Shown here one piece after another: positions 1 to 7,888 of a DNA stretch of 62,906 bases. The DNA comes from a virus (lineage: Duplodnaviria > Caudoviricetes): the IMG/VR virus record IMGVR_UViG_3300020183_000075, positions 1-62,906 of that record; one strand, given 5' to 3'. The notes below the pieces were generated by a model, which did not search any database, had not been told where the DNA came from, and saw only the letters and a list, made by a program, of their open reading frames with translations. The translations under genes were made by a program, and so were the position numbers. The stretch's first letter is position 1, and each line of letters begins with the position of its first letter.

Positions 1-461
1 TTATTAAAAGTTTCTATTAACTTACAATGATCACCACCATCATATTTTCCTGTTTTTACATTTTCTATCTCAGACTCACATTTTTCTAACCATTCTTTAA
101 TAAATGATAAAGTTTTATCATTATATTTAAAATAAATTATTGCACTGTGTGGTGTTTTCATATCATGAGTGCGGATAACGAATCCAATATCTTCTTTAAT
201 AGAATCCATTTCACTGGGAAGAGCACTCATGTGGCAGTCTGCATCTATCCAGATTATATCGTGCTTTAATTCTTGTAAAGTGTTTAAAATAAATCTAGGT
301 TTTTGCAAACAATTAATATTATAGCTTTCGGTTAGCTCGGGATTATAAATTAATAATTCACCACCTAGATTTTGTATTTGTTGTTTTAGGTTATTTGCGG
401 CTTTTTCATAATACTTAGAATCGCTGTAATCATAATAATAAGTCACAAATGGTGTCATCAT
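1..461 (-). CDS. GT-A fold nucleotide-diphospho-sugar transferase, partial (3' end runs off the window)
   Basis: Not in the ORF track. Hand translation from the ATG at 461 (overlapping the FkbM stop) gives MMTPFVTYYYDYSDSKYYEKAANNLKQQ...NCLQKPRFIL...IIWIDADCH...FIKEW...GDH, open to position 1. Has a DxD motif and is collinear with 2648..3286. Confidence 0.75.
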   Translation of the reverse strand, partial: MMTPFVTYYYDYSDSKYYEKAANNLKQQIQNLGGELLIYNPELTESYNINCLQKPRFILNTLQELKHDIIWIDADCHMSALPSEMDSIKEDIGFVIRTHDMKTPHSAIIYFKYNDKTLSFIKEWLEKCESEIENVKTGKYDGGDHCKLIETFN

Positions 462-1090
462 GTACTCCTAGTGTATATTGCATCTCCCCATATCCCACCA
501 GCCCACTCTGTTATAACTCGTTTAAATCCGTATTGTCCTAGATATTCATCAATTTCATAAACCATAGCACAATTTTTATAAACTGGAGCTCGATTTACTT
601 CTAGCATAATGTTATATACATGAGATAATTGATTTTTACAGCCTTTTAAAACTTGTAATTCATACCCTTGAACATCTATATTTAAAAAATCATAGTCTTC
701 TGGATTTAATCCATCTTCTTGTAATACAGAATCTAAAGTTTTTACAACAACTGTTTCTTTTTCTGTAAATTTTATTCCCGGATACTGCTCAAGATGTAGA
801 TAAGGTTCTAGTAAAGAACTGCTTTGGCCGGTATTATCCTTTTCTTTATACATCTCCATAATACACTGAGCCTCGCCCAAAGCATAATTATATAATTTAA
901 TAAAATCTTGCTCTGTTTTTTCTTTTTCAATATTTTGTTTTAATATTTCATATACATCTTTTTGTGGTTCAAAATATAAAAATTTAGTACAACCTATTTT
1001 TTTGTGTGTTTTATGCTCTTGACCATGATGCGCTCCTATTTGTATCACGCCATTTGAACGAAGATTTAATTTTTCTATATCAATAATCAT
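458..1090 (-). CDS. FkbM-family SAM-dependent methyltransferase
   Basis: VIQIGAHHGQE, FEP, NYALG, SSSLLEP, FLNIDVQGYELQVLKG motifs. ATG at 1090 forms an ATGA overlap with the upstream stop. Confidence 0.9.
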   Translation of the reverse strand: MIIDIEKLNLRSNGVIQIGAHHGQEHKTHKKIGCTKFLYFEPQKDVYEILKQNIEKEKTEQDFIKLYNYALGEAQCIMEMYKEKDNTGQSSSLLEPYLHLEQYPGIKFTEKETVVVKTLDSVLQEDGLNPEDYDFLNIDVQGYELQVLKGCKNQLSHVYNIMLEVNRAPVYKNCAMVYEIDEYLGQYGFKRVITEWAGGIWGDAIYTRST

Positions 1091-1812
1091 AAAATTATCC
1101 AATCATTACAGTATATATCAGACCAGTCTTGAGGTCCGTTTGAACCAAACCATGTTTTGGGTGCAATTGTTTTTTGTCCACCTAACCATGCTGCCCACCA
1201 ACTAAAAGAACTATTAGTAATAATATGCCCTTGGCATTTACTCATAGCATACATGTCTTCTCCTTCATTGTTAAAAGGAGAAAATTCGTGTTCTGGAAAT
1301 GTTTGTTTACACCAATCAAGATCATCACTAAAAAATAAAAACTTTTTGTTAGGAAAATGTGCCATAGCTTCACGATACCATTCAACAGAAGCAACCGGAT
1401 GTATATCCTGTATTGGTAGATAATCTCCCCGTCTAATGTGAACTGAAACGTATTGTTTGTCTTTAAACCACGGATCTACTTTTTCCTTTACATGTGACTT
1501 AAAAGCAAATTCGTTTTTTATAAAATCAGAGCAGTGTTTAAAGTATTTTTCGCTTTGAAAATAGCCAGAATAATCTATATTATCTGGTAGTTGAAAGACT
1601 GCTGGTTCATAACCAAAAGCTTCTAAATGTGCTCGTTGGCATTGATGCACGCCATCTTTTGCTGTTATATTAAACCAATTTGGTAATTGGGTATTTTTTA
1701 GTGGAAAACAATAATCATAACCATTCTTTTTTGCAATACCAACTATTGCAGCATATTGAAACATTTGATTACCAAGACGACCAAAATTACCAATAAAAGA
1801 AAAAGTTATCAT
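1087..1812 (-). CDS. GT11 alpha-1,2-fucosyltransferase-like glycosyltransferase
   Basis: GRLGNQMFQYA, GYFQSEKYF, VHIRRGDY, FSDD, NSSFSWWAAWL are the GT11 signature motifs. Confidence 0.92.
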   Translation of the reverse strand: MITFSFIGNFGRLGNQMFQYAAIVGIAKKNGYDYCFPLKNTQLPNWFNITAKDGVHQCQRAHLEAFGYEPAVFQLPDNIDYSGYFQSEKYFKHCSDFIKNEFAFKSHVKEKVDPWFKDKQYVSVHIRRGDYLPIQDIHPVASVEWYREAMAHFPNKKFLFFSDDLDWCKQTFPEHEFSPFNNEGEDMYAMSKCQGHIITNSSFSWWAAWLGGQKTIAPKTWFGSNGPQDWSDIYCNDWIIL

Positions 1813-2672
1813 TTAGTAATTTCCTGAAACAAATAATCATCAGCTGGTTTCAGATCGACTAGAGCATTTAAATTGTGTTTTATTGATGACATTTTAGATT
1901 CGTATAACTCTTGTGTAAGAGTATCTAAAATAGAAATTTCATTATTATCGGACAACCATATAATTCCATCAGGATCAAATTGTTTTGGTAATTTTTTAGT
2001 TCCCCAATAAATTGGAACTGTTCCTGTTGCAAAACAATCTGTTATTTTTTCCGTGCAATACGTGTCATAATTTCCATTTTCAATTATTATACTAAACATA
2101 TAATAACCCAATCCTTCTAGTTTAGTGTTCCAAGGATTCATGGGATCTATTACTGTTCTTTTTGTGCCGTGTGCTCCACCAAACACGTCAAAACCTCGAT
2201 CAAGAGCTAGCTTGGCAATTTTATGACGATATACATGTCCTTCTGTAAATACTTTAGGAGACGCAAACATTGAACATGTTTTTGTTTTTTCGTATATTCC
2301 CCAATCGCTTTTTCGTATCCATGGATAATTACTTCCATTTGGGCAGTATTTAAATCTAGAATCTAAATCTAATAGAGATTGATCGCAAGTATAAATTGCT
2401 GTATAAAAATTTTCAAATAAAACTTTATGATTGTGTATTAAAAAATTGTATACATTAGGAATAATGTATCTTGATTCACATATCCATCCATATCGTTTAT
2501 TTTTTTGTGTTTTAGCATCAGGTTGAAATAATAACCCTTGATCTATATGAACATCATAATCGCCAGAATCTAAACACCAATCAAATTGTTTTGGTACTAT
2601 ATTTGAACAAGACGAATATTGTGATTCAAATGGTAGACCGATTCCCTTTACTTTGTACCGGGAGTTTGCCAT
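1809..2672 (-). CDS. GT10 alpha-1,3/4-fucosyltransferase-like glycosyltransferase
   Basis: YMFSIIIENGNYDTYCTEKITDCFATGTVPIYWG matches the GT10 F-x-L-x-x-EN...TEK...PIY-G motif. Confidence 0.85.
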   Translation of the reverse strand: MANSRYKVKGIGLPFESQYSSCSNIVPKQFDWCLDSGDYDVHIDQGLLFQPDAKTQKNKRYGWICESRYIIPNVYNFLIHNHKVLFENFYTAIYTCDQSLLDLDSRFKYCPNGSNYPWIRKSDWGIYEKTKTCSMFASPKVFTEGHVYRHKIAKLALDRGFDVFGGAHGTKRTVIDPMNPWNTKLEGLGYYMFSIIIENGNYDTYCTEKITDCFATGTVPIYWGTKKLPKQFDPDGIIWLSDNNEISILDTLTQELYESKMSSIKHNLNALVDLKPADDYLFQEITK

Positions 2673-3286
2673 GCTATTAAATCCTCACTCATTCCTAGTC
2701 TTTTTAGTGCTTCTTTTTTAGAATCAGCATCAGCAAGACCCATAACAATGATACTATTTTGATTTTCACTACCCGGCCATACGCAATAGTCTGGCCCTAC
2801 AAATTTCATTCTAAATCCATCTTTTTGATAAAACGAATGCAAAATACCTATTAAGGCTTCATGATCAAACCACTGTCCATTTCCCATCATCTGTCTGGCC
2901 ATGAAATTCCAATGCTGTAAAAAATCTAAAACTTTAGAATTAAATCCAAGATAAATTGGTGACGCTTTAGCTGCATGTAGTTTTGGGGAAGAACAAGCTA
3001 CTGCTAAATCAGTATTTCCATCAAACTGATCAAATATATTTAAAGACTTTCTCACATCAGAATCTATATCAAGCCATATTACTGGTCTTTGTTTATCTAT
3101 TAGTTTGCTGTAAATAAAGGCTGGTTTACTCAAACAATTTTTTTGATAAGAACCTAATGATGGTTTTTCTTGAATGTCATGAGGGATGCCAAGAGCCTCT
3201 AACTGTCCTTTTAGACGTTTAGCATGATCACTGTAATATGTTTTACCATCAATGTCACTATAAAAAGAAATCACTTCAGTTTGCAT
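2648..3286 (-). CDS. GT-A fold nucleotide-diphospho-sugar transferase
   Basis: NCLSKPAFI...VIWLDIDSD (DxD)...FLQHW...WFDHEAL; adjacent to other GT genes. Confidence 0.75.
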   Translation of the reverse strand: MQTEVISFYSDIDGKTYYSDHAKRLKGQLEALGIPHDIQEKPSLGSYQKNCLSKPAFIYSKLIDKQRPVIWLDIDSDVRKSLNIFDQFDGNTDLAVACSSPKLHAAKASPIYLGFNSKVLDFLQHWNFMARQMMGNGQWFDHEALIGILHSFYQKDGFRMKFVGPDYCVWPGSENQNSIIVMGLADADSKKEALKRLGMSEDLIAWQTPGTK

Positions 3287-3288
3287 AA

Positions 3289-3693
3289 TTAAGAGTTTCC
3301 TATATGATATTTAGGCACCAATTGCCATTCTTTCTTTTCTTTATGAGGAATAATTTTTAGTTGTGCAAGTGAAATAATTGGTTCGGCATATTCTTCTGGG
3401 TCTACTGCTTCTACTAAGCCCCATTCCACCAAGAGTTTTACAATCATGTTACGACGACCAAGATCTGTATCGTCAATATCTGTTTCTAAACCATCCAGAT
3501 CTAACATTTCTTTAAAATGCATAATAGCATAACGTCCTCGTTTGTGGAGAATATGGCAGCTTTGGTATAGTTTTTTTTCTTTCTTGGAAGACACCCCCAT
3601 TCGGGTTAGGGTCTCTTTAACCTTGAGAAAGTCGTCTTTAGTTTTTAGTTTGACTTCCACTCCAAGACCATCAAAAATATCTTCGGGTTCCAT
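3289..3693 (-). CDS. regA: RegA translational repressor
   Basis: DDFLKVKETLTRMGV, LYQSCHILHKRGRYAIMHFKE, KEWQLVPKYHIG; follows gp62. Confidence 0.97.
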   Translation of the reverse strand: MEPEDIFDGLGVEVKLKTKDDFLKVKETLTRMGVSSKKEKKLYQSCHILHKRGRYAIMHFKEMLDLDGLETDIDDTDLGRRNMIVKLLVEWGLVEAVDPEEYAEPIISLAQLKIIPHKEKKEWQLVPKYHIGNS

Positions 3694-3731
3694 AATAATC
3701 CGCTTTCATTTAAAAATTCAGTAACACAGAA

Positions 3732-4127
3732 TTATTTAGGAATTTTGTTATTTGTGCCACCTTGATCTAACCGAGCAAAGATGGCTTTCCAATCATCCTC
3801 GGTTATCAGATCTATTACCTGCTTTGCTTTGGCGTGACTATACCCATATAACGCTTTTAGGGCGTCTATACGGTCACTGGTTTCGTCTTTGATCCATTTA
3901 CTGTATCGCTTACGAGCACGAACAGATAGACGTAAGTAATCATACTGAGGCTTCTTAGCCAACCCCGATAGCCGGTTCATCTCATTAGCCAAGAATATGG
4001 TATCAGAGAAATATGATAATCCTCGATTGGCAAGAAATGGATTATATTCTCGTTCACATCCCGGATCTTCGTCCATAAGTGAAATTTTTGTTTGATTTAT
4101 GGAATTTAAAAAGTCAAATGGATTCAT
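3732..4127 (-). CDS. 62: Clamp loader small subunit (gp62)
   Basis: PFDFLNSIN, YNPFLANRGLSYFSDTIFLANEMN, RKRYSKW, YGYS; lies between gp44 and regA. Confidence 0.93.
   Translation of the reverse strand: MNPFDFLNSINQTKISLMDEDPGCEREYNPFLANRGLSYFSDTIFLANEMNRLSGLAKKPQYDYLRLSVRARKRYSKWIKDETSDRIDALKALYGYSHAKAKQVIDLITEDDWKAIFARLDQGGTNNKIPK
3733..3740 (-). promoter_or_regulatory. Possible T4-type late promoter (CCTAAATA) upstream of regA and the GT cluster
   Basis: TAAATA core, but it overlaps the gp62 stop codon (AAA TAA), so it may be chance. Confidence 0.35.
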
Positions 4128-5083
4128 TCTTTAAACTCACAGTTCATCATTAATTCCACCATAAACGCACACAGATTGATCTCTTGATCGGCCACAAATG
4201 CGGTCTTGTATTGATATTCACCTATAATAACCACCGCCTGTGGAATGCTCTTAGGATCTAGATGCTCGTATAAGCCATCGTAGACCTTCCTAAACACGTC
4301 CTGCGGGCTGTTGTCTAAATTGTTGGCCACCCACTTACGGATCTCTGTGAAATTCTTGGTCTTCAGGAATCCAACCAGCTCCTTGATGTTCAATTCGCCA
4401 GCCGTGCTAAGAATTCCTATATCGATAACTCCAGCAGCAGAGTATCGCTGAAGTTCATTCAGAGTACGACGAAAATCCGGAAAAAACTTGACCACGACCT
4501 TGGAAAGCACCTTCAAATCGTATTGGATACCTTCTTCGTCTAGAATGGCTTGACAACGACCCAAGAACTGCTTGGCTAATTCTGGTCGTTCCTTAGATGG
4601 GAAGTTAAAGTCAATAACCGTACAACGAGAATGGATAGGCTCAATGATACGGTTCTTGTAGTTACAGGTCAGAATAAACCGACAGGTCTTGGCAAACTCC
4701 TCAATAGCTCCTCTAAGTGCAGGCTGAATACTCTGGGCATTAGAATAGTCAAACTCGTCCAGAATCACGATCTTTTGCTTTGCATCTTCGGACAGGGATA
4801 CGGTACTGGCAAACTGACGAATCTTGGTTCGTAGGGTATCGATATTACCGTCTTCAGAGCAGTTGATTAGGATATGGTCTGCACCTAGTTGGGCACACAG
4901 GGCCTTAGCCACCGTGGTCTTGCCCATACCGGGCTTGCCTGCTAGAAGCAGATTAGGACACTCTCCAGACTCTACAATAGCGTTAAACGTGTTCTTCAGA
5001 TCTTGAGGAAGCACACAGTGATCAATGATTGCTGGTCGATATTTTTCTACCAGCAGTCCAATAGCGTCGTTTGCGGTAAGCAT
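4124..5083 (-). CDS. 44: Clamp loader AAA+ subunit (gp44)
   Basis: VEKYRP, Walker A GKPGMGKTT, Walker B ILDEFD, SRC motif, FPDFRR. Start moved to ATG 5083, which has a GGAG RBS. Confidence 0.96.
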   Translation of the reverse strand: MLTANDAIGLLVEKYRPAIIDHCVLPQDLKNTFNAIVESGECPNLLLAGKPGMGKTTVAKALCAQLGADHILINCSEDGNIDTLRTKIRQFASTVSLSEDAKQKIVILDEFDYSNAQSIQPALRGAIEEFAKTCRFILTCNYKNRIIEPIHSRCTVIDFNFPSKERPELAKQFLGRCQAILDEEGIQYDLKVLSKVVVKFFPDFRRTLNELQRYSAAGVIDIGILSTAGELNIKELVGFLKTKNFTEIRKWVANNLDNSPQDVFRKVYDGLYEHLDPKSIPQAVVIIGEYQYKTAFVADQEINLCAFMVELMMNCEFKE

Positions 5084-5084
5084 T

Positions 5085-5771
5085 TTACTCCTTGTAAGTG
5101 CTGGTTGCGTCCATGGCAATCCAATAAGTTAGAGGACGGCTGGCGTGACTAAACTGACCGATAACACTCTTAGAGAGTGCCACGTGATAATCACCATCAA
5201 GCATCTTCATGTTTTCCATCTTGAAGTTAAAGGTAAAGTCTGCTCCATTAGTATTTTCACCAACTTCGATACTAAATGTATTACAAGTAGGATCTTTCAG
5301 ATCACGAATAATAGCAACCACTTTGTCGTCCTTGGATACAAACGATAGATCTGGATTTCCTAGAACTGCTGATGCTCGTTGTAGTTCACGAATATCATCA
5401 CTGGTTAGATCAAACTCCACAGCGGCATCAACTTTCTTGATGCTCTTTGTGGGATACGACAGGAGCTTGGGATCCGAATAATAATACTTTACAGTGGAAC
5501 CACTGCTGCCAGTGATTGTGACATACTTCTCGTGAAACTGTAGTTCTGGATCTTGAAACAGAGAAATAACACCCAAAAGCTTGTTTAGATCCCAGATGCC
5601 AAATTCCGTATCAAACGTTTCTTCCACAGTTACTTCTGCCATGATATTCTTTGTGGGAGACATGGTAGTAAGTTTAGATCCAGCCTTTACGTACAGATTA
5701 GAATTAATTCCGCTGAAATTTTTAAGAATATTCAGTGTGTCTTTAGAAATTGTTGTTGTCGCTTGTGTCAT
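5085..5771 (-). CDS. 45: Sliding clamp (gp45)
   Basis: TLNILKNFSGINSNL, FGIWDLNKLL, FKMENMKM..GDY, YWIA. Confidence 0.95.
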   Translation of the reverse strand: MTQATTTISKDTLNILKNFSGINSNLYVKAGSKLTTMSPTKNIMAEVTVEETFDTEFGIWDLNKLLGVISLFQDPELQFHEKYVTITGSSGSTVKYYYSDPKLLSYPTKSIKKVDAAVEFDLTSDDIRELQRASAVLGNPDLSFVSKDDKVVAIIRDLKDPTCNTFSIEVGENTNGADFTFNFKMENMKMLDGDYHVALSKSVIGQFSHASRPLTYWIAMDATSTYKE

Positions 5772-5785
5772 AATATAAAAATCCT

Positions 5786-5971
5786 TTATTTGTCAAATCG
5801 TTCAAAGTTTTCAAAATCTTCGCCTTCAGATGTATGTCCGTGACGAAGATCGTTTAACCAGTTTTGTTGGTTTGGTTTGCGGCCACGCTTTTTCTTTCGT
5901 CGGGCAGCTGCTTCTTTTTGTTCTCGTCGCCAACGCTCATATTCCGATTCAGGTTCTGGGGTATACATCAA
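5786..5971 (-). CDS. Small basic hypothetical protein
   Basis: Fills the gap between rnh and gp45, with an ATGA overlap with rnh. Confidence 0.6.
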   Translation of the reverse strand: MMYTPEPESEYERWRREQKEAAARRKKKRGRKPNQQNWLNDLRHGHTSEGEDFENFERFDK

Positions 5972-6804
5972 AACTCCTCTAAGTGGGGCATAAGACTCTT
6001 CAGCTTGTGATCAATAAAATACTGAAGCAGCTTATCTCTGCCTTTTCCTTTCTGGTTGTTATACGCGTCTAGAATACGATCTTGAAGATCTTGTGGTACA
6101 TTACTCATGTCAATCAATGTGCTATTCCTGATATATTTAGAATTTTGATAAAATTCAGAGCTCTCAGCATCCTTTTTAAGCTGATTGATGCGCTTCTGTG
6201 TCATTGGCGTTTGTCGCTTGCCATCTGCCACAAAAGTATCATCGTCACTAAGCATATTAGGCACACCATCACTAGAATCACCGCCTATAATATGTTCAAA
6301 AAGAAATCCGCGAGGATCTGAACACGTAAGATATTTATCTGTGGTAGGACTGTATTGTTCTACGTTTGGAAAGATTTGTAGTTGTTGAAAATCTTTGTCG
6401 TTAGACACAATAAGCACTTTTTCAATTTGGTAATGTGTCTTACACAGAGTGTAGATAATATCGTCGGCTTCTGCTCCTTGAAGTCTAATACTAGGATACG
6501 GAAATATTTCCTTTACCTCATCACGAATGGTGTCTAGTACTTCAAATACAGCTTTCCACTCATCTTTCTTAAGTTCTTGCTGCTTCTTACGATTAGCCTT
6601 GTAATACGGAAATACATCCTTACGCCAATAGTTATTTCCGTCATTACAAAGAATCATTTCTCCATACTGACGAAACTTAGTATGATATTTGCGGTACGAA
6701 TTCAGCACAGTATAACGAACGTAATCCTCATTTAGAGGTTCGCCATCTTTTGCTGCTTGGAAAATATTAGCCAGAATAATCTGGTTGTTATCAATGAGTA
6801 ACAT
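5968..6804 (-). CDS. rnh: T4-type RNase H (5'-3' exonuclease, FEN/PIN fold)
   Basis: LLIDNNQI, YWRKDVFPYYKANRK, EADD, SNDKDFQQLQ, GDSSDGVPN. Confidence 0.95.
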   Translation of the reverse strand: MLLIDNNQIILANIFQAAKDGEPLNEDYVRYTVLNSYRKYHTKFRQYGEMILCNDGNNYWRKDVFPYYKANRKKQQELKKDEWKAVFEVLDTIRDEVKEIFPYPSIRLQGAEADDIIYTLCKTHYQIEKVLIVSNDKDFQQLQIFPNVEQYSPTTDKYLTCSDPRGFLFEHIIGGDSSDGVPNMLSDDDTFVADGKRQTPMTQKRINQLKKDAESSEFYQNSKYIRNSTLIDMSNVPQDLQDRILDAYNNQKGKGRDKLLQYFIDHKLKSLMPHLEEF

Positions 6805-6810
6805 GATTTA

Positions 6811-6838
6811 AATATACCACACAAAAAACAAAAGTCAA
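6811..6838 (-). promoter_or_regulatory. Sigma70-type promoter for rnh-gp45 operon, probably leaderless
   Basis: TTGACT-16 nt-TATATT with an extended TGn; the rnh ATG begins 7 nt after the -10 box and has no RBS. Confidence 0.65.
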
Positions 6839-7155
6839 AAGATTTGTACCCATTGTTCAGAATCTGTATCTTTAATATATTTGTACAATTTTCCACTTGT
6901 CGGATTAAACCACTCATCACCTTCTTCAACTCGTGGTGGAGGTGTTGTTGAATTATAATATGTGACAGTAATTCCTGTTCTTTCACCAATTAACGGTTCC
7001 CATCCAGAACCTTTATGTTCTGGGGATTTGCATAAATCTGGATCTTTAGATGCAATATATGCCTTTCCATTTTTATATACAATATCATCAATTCTGTATT
7101 GTATACAGTTACCAGAAGCATCAGCAACCTTAAATATCCCTTTAAAATTAGCCAT
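6835..7155 (-). CDS. Small protein with virion fibre-like motifs
   Basis: Y..DDIVYKNGKAYIA...SP...GW resembles a CBM5/12-like module; PP...GDEWFNPTSGKLYKY..D.DSEQWVQ resembles a phage fibre motif. Confidence 0.55.
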   Translation of the reverse strand: MANFKGIFKVADASGNCIQYRIDDIVYKNGKAYIASKDPDLCKSPEHKGSGWEPLIGERTGITVTYYNSTTPPPRVEEGDEWFNPTSGKLYKYIKDTDSEQWVQIF

Positions 7156-7888
7156 TAAGAATTTCCTTAAATTCCTCCAAAGTAGTTATGATTTGTTTGA
7201 TTTTACGCTTACCTAAAAAATCAAATCCTTCTTTTAGATCTTTATCTTGACCTTTATAAGCAACTTTTAGTTCTTTAATATGTGGTTCTAGTACTTTGGC
7301 TAATTTCTTAAAATGCACGGGCTTTATACCTTCACCACGCAACCATTCAATATGATCTGTATTCTTTAATTGATCTTTAACAGCCAAGCCATAAAATTGA
7401 TCGACACGCCCTTCAATAACCGCCATGTATTCAATACTTTTTTTGGCAATACGCTCTTGAACATTTACTTTCTCTTTATTGGGATCTTCAACTTTGGCTG
7501 GTCGAGTTAAGCCTTGATGAATAATTTGATCCACATTTTTTCGAACCATATCGATAGTTTCTGGTCGAAGCACGCCACCAAGATTCATAATACGGCAACG
7601 ACTGCCAATATAGATAAACTCCATAGCATTAATGTCACATGCTGCTGCAGCTTTGATGTCTTTCTTTGAATATCCATTTTTCATCATCCAATCAATAACC
7701 CATGGTTTACATAGATTATCATCACACGAATAACTGTACCAATTGATTGCTTTTAGAATCTTGGTGTCCAGTTCTTCGGGTGTTAGTTTGTCTGCATCTT
7801 TCCATACGGGCTCACTGCCCATAATCAGCGAGTCTACAGAATCACCACGACCAATACGGCGTGACACTTTTTTCTTTTTCTTTTTCAT
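7148..7888 (-). CDS. Hypothetical protein
   Basis: 246 aa ORF overlapping both neighbours; no recognised motif. Confidence 0.7.
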   Translation of the reverse strand: MKKKKKKVSRRIGRGDSVDSLIMGSEPVWKDADKLTPEELDTKILKAINWYSYSCDDNLCKPWVIDWMMKNGYSKKDIKAAAACDINAMEFIYIGSRCRIMNLGGVLRPETIDMVRKNVDQIIHQGLTRPAKVEDPNKEKVNVQERIAKKSIEYMAVIEGRVDQFYGLAVKDQLKNTDHIEWLRGEGIKPVHFKKLAKVLEPHIKELKVAYKGQDKDLKEGFDFLGKRKIKQIITTLEEFKEILNG

